Origin: Okamejei kenojei
Lineage: Eukaryota
Direction: 5' to 3'
Length of the DNA: 64,000 nucleotides
NCBI GenBank assembly: GCA_035221665.1
Contig: CM069146.1
Span: 58,342,001-58,406,000, forward strand
In this document: piece after piece, positions 13,801-26,531 of the stretch
Numbering within the stretch: position 1 is the stretch's first letter
How the letters are laid out: each line of letters opens with the position of its first letter
The notes under the pieces: generated by a model
What the model was told of the DNA's origin: nothing
Database searches by the model: none
What the model saw: only the letters and a program-made list of their open reading frames with translations
Position numbers and translations under genes: made by a program

Positions 13801-15706
13801 TTGTGTGTTTTTGAACTGCTAGTGATGATTCATAGTGGCAGCAATTTATTGAAGTCAAAAAAGGGGTCTCGACCTAGGTCGTTGCCTGTCTCCCTTCGCT
13901 CTTTGGATGCTGCTGCACCCACTGGGATCTCCAGGTTTGAGAAACCCTGCAGTAATTTATTGTTGTACAAAAACATCCATGACATGAAAATATGAATTTG
14001 ACTATCTGCAGGTTGACCAGACCATCACAACAGCTGATGGTCAAAGAAGTCTATAAATGTTAACCAATATAACAACATATCAATAAAATAATTATGTATA
14101 AAGAAGTGTTATACCTGCAATTTGCAGAAATAAGTCTAAAAAACAATATTTTGTTATAAGAAATTGGAGGTCTGTATATACAGTAAAGTTATATTATCAT
14201 ATTAGATATATGTGAATTCCTTGTGGATTGCATTTTCTAAGTATCTAATTGATAGAGCCAATAATAGGGCTCAGAGTGTTACCGTCTTATAAACGGACAA
14301 TATATTAACCAAGAAGTTATCAGATGCATTCATAATATCCCGATATGGAAAGGGATATATATATATATATATATATGTGTATATATATAGATTATGATTA
14401 TGATTATGATATTGATTATGATAATGATTATGATAATGATTATGATAATGATTATGATTAATGAATGTGTATATGTATATATAATCTGTCCAAAATTGTA
14501 AAAAAAAAATATATATATATATAAAGGCAGGAGATAAATAATCTTGAATTGCCTTAAGAAATGGACTCTAACTCTATCTATGATTCAAAAAACTTAAACA
14601 TTGAAAATAATAATGCTGATAACTTTAGTATCAATATAAGAGTGCAAACATTGCAAATGTTACGTTATAATTGCATGTGGATACAGATTGCATTATCATA
14701 TATGTTTATGAATCTACCAAACAAAGCACACCAAGAAGACCTGAAACAAAGGTAAACCTATAAGCATATCCTGCCGGCTTTAAGTTGTGTGTGTGTGTGT
14801 GTGTGTGTGAACATTGATGAAAATGTTGCAGTAGGTAAGAGTCTCTGTGGCAATGAGACTGCTTATTACACACATAAAACACATTGGGTTCAGTAAAAAC
14901 TGATGGTTATAGAGGAATGTATTTCTAGATGGTTAGAAATTGGATACATTCAGTAGGAACTAGACACTGAAAGGTGGAAAATCACTCTGTTAATGAGGAA
15001 AATACATTCACAGGAATGGCACGGGATGAGCCACTCGAGCAAAGATGCAAGGCCGCAGGAGGCTGTAGATTACTGTTAAAGTAAAAAGGAACCAGTCATG
15101 GTGTCAGATTTAGACACGCAATGTTCGGTTCTCTATAATTGTTGCTTTGTCATGCCATAAAAATATATATATCAATTGGTATTTGCGATAAACTTGCCTT
15201 TCAATGGAAAGGGCATTACTTTCATTTTTTATAATGTGAAATATTTATCACATAACTTGAGGCAATGTTTGGGGAAAATGTGTTATTCGCTCGTTATTGT
15301 GTTAAATGAGCCGTACTGTCGTATGGAATAAATTCTACGACACGAAAAACACAGAAAGCTTCAAACTCTTCACGTAGTCACTCACGTGACTCCGAAGTAA
15401 AATTGTAAGATTAAACGAGAACTTACCAGTTCGAAGTTTGATCGTTATTTTATGAGGAGTTACGATGAGGGATTACGTGCCCTCCACTCCCCACCCTCAT
15501 AAAATGAATGATCATCTGGTAGTTCTAAATCTATGATGAGCCTTACTATCTTACTCCGGCTATTTTTGTGTTCTGTGTTTTTCATGCCGCTGCTTTGAAG
15601 TATGCCGTTCCAGCGCCAGGCGGGCCTTCTTCACGTAATCCCTCATCGTTACTCCTCATAAAATAACGATCAAACTTCGAACTGGTAATTTCTCGTTTAA
15701 TCTTAC
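10818..15706 (+). mobile_element. DIRS1-type tyrosine-recombinase retrotransposon, non-autonomous/decayed
   Basis: 36-bp ITRs at 10854-10889 and 15602-15637 (1 mismatch). Internal complementary region 15367-15479 is the reverse complement of the left end (46/46) joined to the right extension (65/67). Remnant motifs in DIRS order: RT MGYLDY (12581), RNase H NNTTAVAYVN (13267), methyltransferase-like NLIAYRLNH and PHFCLIGQCL (13581, 13699), YR TLKIIMLITLVS..RVQTL (14598) and ISRWL (14920). Confidence 0.9.
14353..14525. repeat. (AT)n and (ATGATT)n microsatellites inside the DIRS element
   Basis: Directly visible simple repeats. Confidence 0.9.
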
Positions 15707-15785
15707 TATTACACAGCTCAGTAAAGTAATGGCATTAAATAAGTTAAATGCATAGGCTTTTAACTCTTTGTCGTGTCTCTTGCAG

Positions 15786-15863
15786 AATGACTCTGATTTC
15801 CTAAACACGATCCACGAAGCCTATCTACAGATATTCCTGAAGAATGTGGTTAACATTAAGTAA
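15786..15863 (+). CDS. DCP1A: DCP1A last coding exon
   Basis: TGCAG acceptor. NDSDFLNTIHEAYLQIFLKNVVNIK-stop resembles the conserved NDSSFLSTLHEVYLQ C-terminus. Confidence 0.95.
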   Translation, partial: NDSDFLNTIHEAYLQIFLKNVVNIK

Positions 15864-17261
15864 TGAAGAGAGACACAGGAGTGAACATGAGTGCAAATTA
15901 TTAAAGATTGCTGCAATGAGCAACATGATGCTGTAAGCATTCAACACTTCACAATATTAGTTATCGGTCTGTACATTTATCCGGCAGTTTATCTCTACGA
16001 TAATTGGTATTTCTAGTTTAAACATTATAAGCACTTATGTGAAAGTTTGCCAAAATAATAAAAGTATGTGTGCATGTAGCGATGGTAACATACTACTCAA
16101 TGCCTTATGGTACAGAGAAGCTCATCAGCAAAAGACAGGTTTTACTTGTTTTGTTTCTTTTTCGTTTTGGTAAGAAACATTTCTAAAATTACTTGATTTT
16201 ATATGTCTAGTTTGTTCCTGTTTGAAAATGTGTCAGTGGCTTTGTCACCTTTTAATGCATAAAGTAAGCATTCATTTGAGTTTTTTTCTCTTAAAAGTAC
16301 AACAGTGTTTTAAAAGCAATAATATGTCATTGCTTAGATGCAGAGGAAGGTGTTTTAATCTGTTATTTTAAACATTTTCCATTTAATGTGAAATACTATA
16401 CAAATTTGTATAGAAGAGACAGACTTGTTGTATAAATAAAGGTAAATGAAAAAGTGAGCAGGATACTGAGGCCAATAGAAACATAGAAAATAGGTGCAGG
16501 AGTAGGCCATTCGGCCCTTCGAGTCAACACCGCCATTCAATATGATCATGGCTGATCATCCTAAATCAGTACCCCATTCCTGCTAGTGGATAGTAGCAAC
16601 TAAATCTCTCTCCTAACAATTGAGTGTGATCAGTTCAACACTGTCTCTGAATGCTCATTTTGCATTGTGGATCTGGTTATAGATGTGAACAGCAGCAATG
16701 ACATAAGCAGACTCAAAGTTACACCATATTCTAAACTAAATTAAACCTGCACATTTTTGCATGTTAATATCAGTTTCACTTGCTTATTCTTGGGATCAAA
16801 CTTATACCCAATTGTAACATCACCTCCTTACTTTATGGATAAACTGTCTATATTGCAGGTTACGGATACGTTAAAATCAAAAATAAACTGTCTATATTCG
16901 GATACGTTAAAATCAAAAATAAGTTTTCACAATTTGATAAATTTGTAACATTACTTGGTTTGTAATAGTCAAATTGGTTCCTAATTTCCCTGACAAACTA
17001 AGTATTTTGGTCATTAATTGGTATCGTGTTGTAAAATGTTCAAATTAATCAAAGTTACAAATCAAAATTTTGTTGTGAGAGATTTTCAATGTAAGAGAGG
17101 TGATCTATACGAATTTCTTCGGCAGTAGACTATTCAATTGGTGATTGTCTATTCGTGGTCTTGCGTAAAGACAGTAATAATAATACTGTTTAATTCAGTT
17201 GATGAAGTGAAACAAAGATTTCCGCTTGAACAATGTCTCGCTGCATGTATCTCAGTTGCTC

Positions 17262-17267
17262 AATAAA
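17262..17267 (+). promoter_or_regulatory. Candidate DCP1A polyadenylation signal
   Basis: AATAAA followed by a T-rich tract. Other AATAAA hexamers lie upstream, so the choice is uncertain. Confidence 0.3.
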
Positions 17268-17407
17268 ATTTAAAACCTTTTGTTATCTCACCAATGTCAG
17301 CTTTATTTCGTTAAACAAAGCCCAAAGATTGGATCTTGGATTTTCTGATTATATTATCTTTACTGGAAGCTTAGTGTCAATAGTTCTGATAACATTAATT
17401 CGATAAT

Positions 17408-19200
17408 TTTTATTTTTTTTAAATATATTTTTATTAGAAACAAACACACATTATGGTAAAAACATTTCATATATATCAATCATACATTATTAATATTATC
17501 AATTATGGATTCATTCTGCTTCTATTTAAAAAAAATATATAGATAGAATGTAATAAAGAAAGGAAAAAAACATAAATGTCAAGATAAAAAAAGAATGGAA
17601 TGATTTACTAAGAAGACATCATTGAAGATGGGTTAGAAGATTATAAAGTATAACTTTTCATCTAATCCTGAGTTCATGTTTCAGTTAGGTTCCCGTGCCG
17701 AACCAATCTACCCCTTCAAATAATCGATGAATGAAGACCATATTCTAACAAAAAGTTCTTGTTTGTCCATTAAGACAAATCTGATTCTTTCCAGGTGTAG
17801 GGTCTCCGACATTTCCATAATCCACATTTTAATTGTGGGGGTTATAGGGCCTTTCCAAAATGTTAATATTAATTTTTTCCCAGTTATTATACTGTAGTCT
17901 AGAAAGTTTCTTTGGCTTGTTGTGAGTGTTAAACTTTGCTCTGATATTCCAAGTATTATCAATTTTGAGTCTGAATCCAATTTAGTATTAACAACTTCAG
18001 AAATTATTCAAAAAATATCAATCCAGAAATTTTTGATTTTTATACAATTTGCAAAAGTATGTGTTAAGTTAGCCTCCAGATGCTGACATTTATCACAGAT
18101 AGGCGAGATATGTGGGAAAATTCTATTTGGTTTTACTTTAGAGTAGTGTAATCTGTGTAATACTTTAAATTATATTGAAGCATGCCTGGCATTTAACGAA
18201 CATTGATGTGTATATTGTAGACTTTTGTCCCAAATATCTTTCGTTATAGGTTGGCCTAATTCATTTTCCCATGTATGTCTATATGATTCCATCGATGGGA
18301 CCTCGCTATCTAAGAGGGTATTATAAATATAAGTTGTTAATTTTTCTGTATTAGGATGTTTATTCAAACATTCATCAAGGATTTCTGGTTCCCTACTCCT
18401 ATAATCTTGTGTATTAGATTTAACATAATCTCTAAGTTGTAGATATCTAAAAAAAGTTATTTGAGTGTAGTCCATAAATCTGTTGTAACTCCTGAAATGA
18501 AAGAAAAATTCCTTTCTTATAAAGATGTCCCATCTTTATAATTCCGTAATTTTTCCATTGTGTGAAACCTTTATCTAATAAGGAAGGTTTAAATAAGGGA
18601 TTGTTTACAATGGGAAAACAGGGTGATATATTATCCAATTTTAAAGCCTGTTTTAATTGTTTCCAGATTCATATATCACTATGTATTATAGGGTTTTTTG
18701 TGCAATTTTGTGGGTGCAAACATAATCAAACCAATTTCAAAAGGCAAACAATCTTCCTTTTCCATCCTTAACCAGTCTGGTTGCTGATCCATTTCTTCCA
18801 GCCAGAAATTCATGTTTTTAATATGGACTGCCCAAAAATAAAACAAAAAATTGATTTACATAAATGTTTTCTGCTTATTCTATGCTTCTTATAATTCCAA
18901 ATGAAGCTTGTAACAATGGAGTCGACATTTAAAAACATTTGGGGGACATATATCGGAATTGACTGAAATAGGTACAGTAATTGCGGCAAAAAGATCATTT
19001 TTATAGCATTAATTCTACCAAACATTGAAATTCATTCTGCCAAACATTGTTTTCCAATACTGAATATTCTTATTTAGTTTATTCAGTAAAGGTGGGAAGT
19101 TTGATTTGAATAAAGAAGTATATGTCTTAGTTACATAAATTCCTAAATATTTAAAATTTTCCTTAACTATTCTAAAAGGGGATTGTTGTAGTTATGTAAA
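17408..19200 (-). mobile_element. L1-clade LINE, 5'-truncated, ORF2 C-terminal part with frameshifts
   Basis: GRINAIKMIFLPQLLYLFQSIP, FFRYLQLRDYV, and terminal WIMEMSETLHLERIRF..IWSSFIDYLKG-stop; A-rich tail near 17410. Confidence 0.9.
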
Positions 19201-20121
19201 TTGAGAGATAATTATTAGGACTTTACCACATGACTTCTTTCGATAGACAAGAAATCTAAAGTTAGCATTCTAATTTTAATTTTCCTATTTATTGATCTTG
19301 TCCTTGCCCAAGTTTTCTTTTTCCCCATCACAGTTTAGCATTCCATATTGAGAGACCCTGTCAGTGCTAGACTAAACAGTGGCATTGAAGGAGCCACTAT
19401 CTATGTGTACATTGAGCACAGGCCCTTTGGCCCACAATGTCTGTGCTGATCATGATGCTGGTAAACTAATCTCCAGTGCATATCCCTCCATTCCCTGCAT
19501 ATCCATATGCCTGTGTAAAGGCCTCTCTAAAATGCCACTATCATGTCTGTTTCCACCACCACCATCCCTGACAGCACGTTCCAGGCATAAGGAAGAGCCA
19601 TCCATTCCAGGACATGCCAGTACTTGGTAGAGCTCCTCTTCATGCTGCCACATCGGAACCATTCTCGGCATTCTATGGCACCAAGTGTCAATTCCTGCTC
19701 CTTGCTCTTCTCACAATTGTGGTTTCCAATCCATATGTGAAATGTATTCCGTAACAGTGGATTTTCATATTTTGTGTTTTGTTTAAAGATGCTGTGGATT
19801 ATTGAAGTGTTTGGAACAAGTTCAGCTTTTCGTATTTAGAGTATATATTTATAATAAATGTAAGGTGAATTTGACACACACTGCATTGGTTCATGATTCT
19901 TAAATAACCAATGTGTTAGATTATTTTGTCATGATCCTATGAATTCTAACTTGTCAAACCACCTAGTTGCGGTTATTTTAATTGACAATGTTTTGATCAT
20001 ATCCTGCTTTAGTAAAGTGACTATTTCAAGAAAAAAATGCTATTCCATTTGGAATTGGCATTGATTGCAGTAATTGCAGTCCAATTGGAATCAAACATAA
20101 TTTTTTGATCATTTAATATAT

Positions 20122-20912
20122 AAGGCCACAAGATATGAGCAGAATTAGGCCATTTGGCGCATTGAGTCCTCCACCTCTCAATCTGATCTATTTTTCCTCC
20201 TCAACCCATTCTCCTGCCATCTCCCCATAACCCTTGAAATCCATACTAATCAAGAAATTGTATTATATCTTTTATCATTTTTCCTGAGTACTTACATACC
20301 CAGAGGAAACGAAAAAACGTTGCTCAACCAGTGTCCATTCAGTGTGCGGTAAAAAATAAATATAAATAAAAATAAAAATACATATCATGAGTTCCAATCG
20401 GTAGCGGCACGACAATGGCTCTGCTTCAGTGTGTCTAGGTTGGTGGTTGATGCGCGATACTTTGGCAGGGGGCAAAGTCTGTTTATCAGTCTTATAGCCT
20501 GCGGGAAGAAGCTGAGGAGCATCCTGCTGGTTTTGCAGCTGATGCTCCTGTACCTCTTCCCAGATGGCAGGATGGAGAATATGTGATGCGATGGGTGGTA
20601 GGGGTCTTTGATGATGGAGATGCTCTGCTGATACATCTCTTCCTGTATATGTCCAGCAGGAAAGGGAGTGGAGCACCAATAATCCTGCTGGCGGTCTTCA
20701 CAATCCTGTCCAGTTGGTGCCGTTATCAATCTCTGCTTTAAAAATAACCAATGTCTTGGTCTCTACTACCGTCTGTGGGAATGGATTGCAGGATCACCAG
20801 CCTCTGGCTAAATAAATTCCTCATTTCCATTCCATAGGTGCATCCTTACACTCTGAGGTTGTGCCCTTTAGACTCTCCCACTACTGGAAACATCCTCTCA
20901 ATATCCACTCTT
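20122..20912 (-). mobile_element. CR1 3' fragment interrupted by a Rex1/Babar insertion
   Basis: The CR1 tail sequence stops at about 20260 and resumes at about 20723. Confidence 0.75.
20262..20722 (-). mobile_element. Rex1/Babar LINE 3' fragment
   Basis: SIIKDPYHPSHHIFSILPSGKRYRSI..SFFPQAIRLIN, the typical Rex1 C-terminus. Confidence 0.85.
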
Positions 20913-21514
20913 AGGCCTTTTATTTTTCCGCAGGATATGGGACACAGTGATGTGGCAGATCACTGGCAATGTTGGGATTCCTCCTGTGATTGCAGTTGAA
21001 CTGAGGAGACCATTAAAATGACCACGTGTGGGTCAGCCTGCTGGCACATTTCAATCCTTGAAAAACATCACCAAAGCAGCTGAGTTTTTGATAATCTGGT
21101 TGCCATTAATGTTATCAAATTTTAAATTCCATATTTATTTTATTACTTGAATTTGAAATCCCCAGTTATAATGACTGATTACAGACCCAGAACCCTTTTC
21201 TGTATTATACAATTGGCTACCGTATGTCAGTTTAAACTTTATTTTACATTTTTGTCCTGGGTCGTTATTGTTGAAGTTTAGTGTTTTGCTGTTAACCAAC
21301 ATCATGATCATTACTAAATTTGATATTGCAACTATTTGAACAGATGCGTCAAATAGAAGTAATGAATAACAATTAACTGAAGTATTTTCTGTAATGGAGT
21401 CCAAGTAGTTTATTTCATGCGTATCACTTGCACACACATTCAATTAAGAACTTCTGCAAACCTTTATACACATATCAAATGTCAATAACCAATTTGGGAG
21501 CTTTTCTGATCATT

Positions 21515-21728
21515 ATCTGTGGAATTCTTTGCCACAGAGGGCTGAGGAGGCCGAGACAGTGGATACTTTTAAGACAGAGATAGGTAGATTCTTGATTAGC
21601 ACGGGTGTCAGAGGTTATGGGAAGAAGGATGGGGTTAGGAGGGAGAGATAGATCAGCCATGAATAAATGGTGGAGTGGACTTGATGGGCCAAATGGCCTA
21701 ATACTACTCCTATTCCTTATGACCTTAT
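21515..21728 (+). mobile_element. CR1/HER1 3' fragment
   Basis: Same tail sequence as 3920-4128. Confidence 0.75.
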
Positions 21729-22589
21729 TATGCCCAAATATATCTTTTTTTTTTCAGGTTCTCTTAAAGTAAATTCAAAAAGTAAGCAGTGACTAGAAGT
21801 GTTGTACCATTGTCATGTTTAGTGTTTATTGACTTAAGTTCATTGCGGCAAATAACATGAATGACTGGCTCCAACCTTGCCCATCTCCTCTGGCTCCAGA
21901 CTGGTGCACCCTATAATCTGCCTTCACTAGTTCAAAACTAAGTGGTGGAAAGCGCTACCAGGTAAACTGGCATTTGTTTACATTAGAGCAGTGTCTTTGT
22001 TTGGTGCTGATCACCCTTTAATGATTAAAAAGGACTCTCTTGTTTCATGTGTTTAACAATGCATGAAAAGACTCGCTGGGCTGGGCCCGCCTTGCTTTTA
22101 CACACTTTCTCGGCCCTGCTCGCAGGGCTCGGCCCGGGTTGCGTTGGGGGAACAGGTGATGGGGGTGATTGGCTCCGGGGGGCGCCTGTCTCCGGGGTGA
22201 GCACCAATGCCACGTTCGTGGACCAGCCCTCCCGTGCGACGCCGCGCTCCCCCATCCCCACCTTGGGGGACGCAACCCAACAGGTCCCACTTGGTCTACG
22301 GTTGACAAAAGTGCTGGAGAAATCACAAGGATGTCCTTCCTCCAATTAGGAGACCAAAACTCAAAGGTTATTTTATTGGTCACATACACCAATTGGTGTA
22401 GTGAAATGTTTCTTGCCAATGCAGCACATAAAAAAATAATACAGACATAACAATAATAAAGAGATTTAAACATAAAAAACATCCCCCCCACAATGGTTCC
22501 CATTATGAGGGAAGGCACCATGTCCACCCATAGCCAATGCTCCAGATGTGGTCTCACCAGAGCCCTCTGCTCCTACACTGAATCCCCGT

Positions 22590-23090
22590 GTTGTGAAGGC
22601 TCCGCCCCCGGGGCGGGACCGCCGGTGCGTCACTGGGGCAGGACGGACGTGCCTGTGTCACGTGTTGGGGGCAGCACCGCCGGTGCGTCACAGGGGCCGG
22701 TGCGTCACGTGCCGGGGGCGGGAGCGCGCACAGCCCGGCTGCCCGCGGAGCGAGTGGACGGCGAATGGCGGACATGGCGTGTTACCACAGACCCGACGCA
22801 GCCACGCTGCAGGCCCTGAGGGACATGGCGAACACGCTGCGGATACACTCCATCAGCGCCACCACCGAGGCCGGCTCCGGGTACGTGGGGCCGGGGGCTC
22901 CCGTGAGGGGCGGGGGGCGGGGGGGACCGGCCCTCCTCCACCGGGCCCGGGCCCAGGGTGAGCCCGGCCGGACACTCCGCTCCCGGTGACAGCCAACGCC
23001 GGCCATGCGGCGAATCTCACAACCCTCCCCTCCCCGCGATGCGTTAACGAGAGCGGCAAACGGTGTTGACGGTCGGGCGGAGATCAATGG
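22590..23090 (+). promoter_or_regulatory. TKT CpG-island promoter / first exon region
   Basis: CpG-dense and GC-rich in an AT-rich background. GC boxes, three GCCGGTGCGTCAC copies and two CACGTG E-boxes upstream of the ATG. Confidence 0.8.
22774..22880 (+). CDS. TKT: Transketolase exon 1
   Basis: MACYHRPDAATLQALRDMANTLRIHSISATTEAGSG, 107 nt, donor GTACGT. An in-frame upstream ATG lies at 22765. Confidence 0.95.
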
Positions 23091-26000
23091 GAGAGGATGG
23101 TAACACGAGTGTGATCCCACATTCACATAAAAGGACACACAGTGCCAGAGCAACTGAGCGAAACCAGCATCAGTGGTTCCATGTGTCTGACTACATGATC
23201 TAAGGTGTAATTCCTGGCGAGTTCACCTGATTCTCCTGAACTTGTCCAACTTCTTCGTACATTCTTTAACCATGTTCAAGAAATACACCCTGAAAACCAA
23301 CATTTCCTGTTATCGATCAGCCTACATTGGGCAAAGGATCTCCATTTTGAAGGAATGTTTTGCAATCAGTTGTTTGAGAAATCGAGCAGTCAAACAACAT
23401 CTGTCCTTGTGGCTCAGTGAATAATTAAGTAATCTCTGAGCTCTGCAGATAAAGTTGGTCAGATCCTTAAATCCTTGTGGCTGATTAGCTTTGACAGGAC
23501 CGCATGGCCACTTATTGCCAATGGGTTGTTCAGGGATTGTAACTAAGAAGCACTCCTGTTTTTAAGATTAATTGTTAAGACTTTGTGAGGACTCAGATTA
23601 GATTGAGTTTGTGGCAAACTCGATTCAAAATTGGCTTGATGGTAGAAAGCTGAGGGTAGTGGCGGAGGGGCTGCTGCCTGGAGGTCTGTGACCACCAGCA
23701 GTTGCAGACTTGTGCTCTGTATCCACCACTACTGTGTCACCAGACACAATGCCATCTTCACACTCACCAACGATACCACCATTGTTGGATGAATAATGAG
23801 TAACAACGAGACCAGGAGTGAGATCGATAATCCAATTGAATTGCACCAGAACAGTCTCAACATTACCAAGAACATGGAGCTGATTGTTGTCAGAGGGACT
23901 GTGCATCAGTCAGTGGGACGGTATCGATGGGAGACACCAGTTTCAAGTTCCCTTGAGTACATTTCTCGTGATTTGTCCTTGACCCAGCATATTGATGCAG
24001 TTACATAGAAAGCTCATGTCTGCTTCCCTGGACGTCTGATGAGATTTGGCATGTCGTCAAATACGTATGCAGATGCATGGTGGAGACCATACTGACTAGT
24101 TACATCACAGTCAGGTTAAGGTAATCAATACATTCAAGAACAAAAGCTGCAAGAAGTGGTGGTTGTAAAATGTAGGCCTGTTTCACATGTGGAAAAAAAA
24201 TGGGTTTCTTGCATAAATGTAAATTTCCTTTGGTTGTGTGGGTAGGAATGAAGCCCTTGGTGTGTTTGGATATGTATTTGGTCGGGCTGTGGAAGTTGCA
24301 GCTCAAAGGCCAAGTTACAGTAAATTAAAAATATTTGAAATACAACTATGTATAAATGGAGTATCAGTGAAAGTGGCAGTTTTCCTATTGGCCATGGGAT
24401 TTTGAGTTGACAAATATTCAACAGTTTTAAATTGATTTTGAAAATAAACGTTTTTTAAAATTTTCTATTTTTGTTGCTTATTTATTGCTCTCCCTTTACA
24501 AATGCGCCATTTCCGCGTGAACTCTAGTTCCATGAGTGCCGGCAGACCAGGATCACTGTGTGAGACATCATTTATGTGAACTCTTGCCCAGCCTTTCTAG
24601 CAATGATTCTGAGATAGTGACAAGAAGCGGGAATCCTTGCTGTATTTCTATATAAGTTACAGTTCAATTTCACTTTTCACTTCAATTTTATAGTCCTAGT
24701 TGAAATCAGTTGCACGGAGCTATTGCCTTAGCAATTTTCATATTCTTGTACTTTTACATTTATATAATTTGAGTCATTGGAGGAAATATGGTATCATTTC
24801 TGTTTGCTGCATCCTTCAATGAGAAGTGTCTGAAACCTGATTCAAAGTGTGATGTATACAGTGCCAGGAAGATGATGGAATAAAATGTATTAAAAGTAAA
24901 TGAAGCATTTACTGTGATTATCTGATTTCCAAAAGGAACAGGTATTCCTGAGGTATACATTCTTCAAAATGTCCCAGTATTGTTTTGCTCTCTCTTGTTT
25001 GTGTTCATCTCTTCTCCAGGCAAATAATCTGCAAATCCAAGCTACCTTCACACTCTCTCAGCTGGGAGCTCCATCTTGTGATTATCCAATCTCTCAGGCT
25101 TCCAACCTCTCTCAGATATTCCCCAAGCTCCCTGCATTGTTCCCCTTACAGGATGTTGGATTTCTAGCTTTTCCCCAAGTCTGTTAAGTCATGAAGCTGA
25201 ACCATTAACTCCACATTTCATGCCTGCCCTGTGGAGCATTGATAGCAATTCTATTTTAATAACAATGCCTCTTTTTTATATGTTGAATCCACATCTACCA
25301 GAATTTCTCTCCATAAACTGAAACGAAGATTGCATGGGAAATGTGATTAGGTTTCTGCTTTAACATCTCATGTGATGTTTTGCTTTATTCTTATTGCCTG
25401 TGTATTGTTGCAGATTTAGGTCACTTTACCAAGACACAGGATTTGATGGCAACTGGTTAAGTATTGGCATGAAAGGTTTGCTCAAGATTGGAGCATGTGA
25501 AGTATTAATATTTAACACGTGACGTGGCGTATGTAACCCAGTTCCATGTGGTGGAACTGAGCCAGTGAGTTGTGCTCTAACCTGCATGGAGAATATTTAC
25601 TAAAAGCAACAGAAATGTGCAACGCTATTCCAAATCTATTAATCTGGTGAAACAATGTACAAGTTTCTCTTGCCGTAAGCAAATAATTGTTCTTGTTATT
25701 TAACTTTTTTTTCCATTAATTGAAGACAATATGGTTTGTCAACATTTCCTTTTAACATACCAGCAAGTAAAAACCAGATAATAAATATTTACCTTCTGAT
25801 GGGCAATATATTTTTAATGATTTGCATTCAATCTGGAGACTGAGGCAATATCCAACCAGTGACTGGTGCTTTCTGTGCCAGATATTAATTCAATTGATTG
25901 CATTGTCTATTGACAGTTTCTCATTTGATTTGTAGTATTAAGACATTTTTCCCTATTGCAGGGAAAGCGACTCTTTAAATGAACATTTTGTGTGAAATAA

Positions 26001-26413
26001 CCTATTTTTTAGCGTGGCAACTAAAATAATGAATTTAATGGGTATGAAAGATATATGATCAAACATGCTTTGAAACAAAGGTCTGCTATTGAGAAAAGGG
26101 TTTGCTTTCATTTCATAATTATTTAACAAAACAGAAAGATTAGCTAATTTTTAATCTATATACTGTCCCTAAAATCACACACGTACAACAGTTTTATTAA
26201 TTTAGTTTTCAAATACTACCTCATTTCAATAATGCAATTCATAAAGAAGGACATGCTTTGGTTGAAATGACTGCAACATTGTATGGGGAAACAAATTGAG
26301 ATTATCAGATCTATGGTTATTGCCCATTCTGAAAGGAAATGTGGCATGTTGAACAGGCTGTCAGTACCAAACCCTGAACTGTGTGTAGAGTTACCTTGCT
26401 GTTTGATTTACAG

Positions 26414-26531
26414 ACATCCTACATCATGCTGCAGTGCTGCAGAGATCATGTCTGTCCTGTTCTTCCACAACATGAAATTAAAAGTACAAGAACCCCGGAA
26501 TCCGAACAATGATCGCTTTGTACTCTCAAAG
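26414..26531 (+). CDS. TKT: Transketolase exon 2
   Basis: [29 protein letters not shown], 118 nt. Confidence 0.97.

Noticed and set aside
15413-15700. Long hairpin suggestive of a miRNA or structured RNA
   Set aside because: Explained by DIRS ICR/right-end complementarity.
16839-16922. Short tandem duplication in the DCP1A 3' region
   Set aside because: Ordinary slippage duplication with no evidence of function.
22025-23153. Cluster of overlapping GC-rich ORFs
   Set aside because: Stop-poor CpG island; only 22774-22880 matches TKT.
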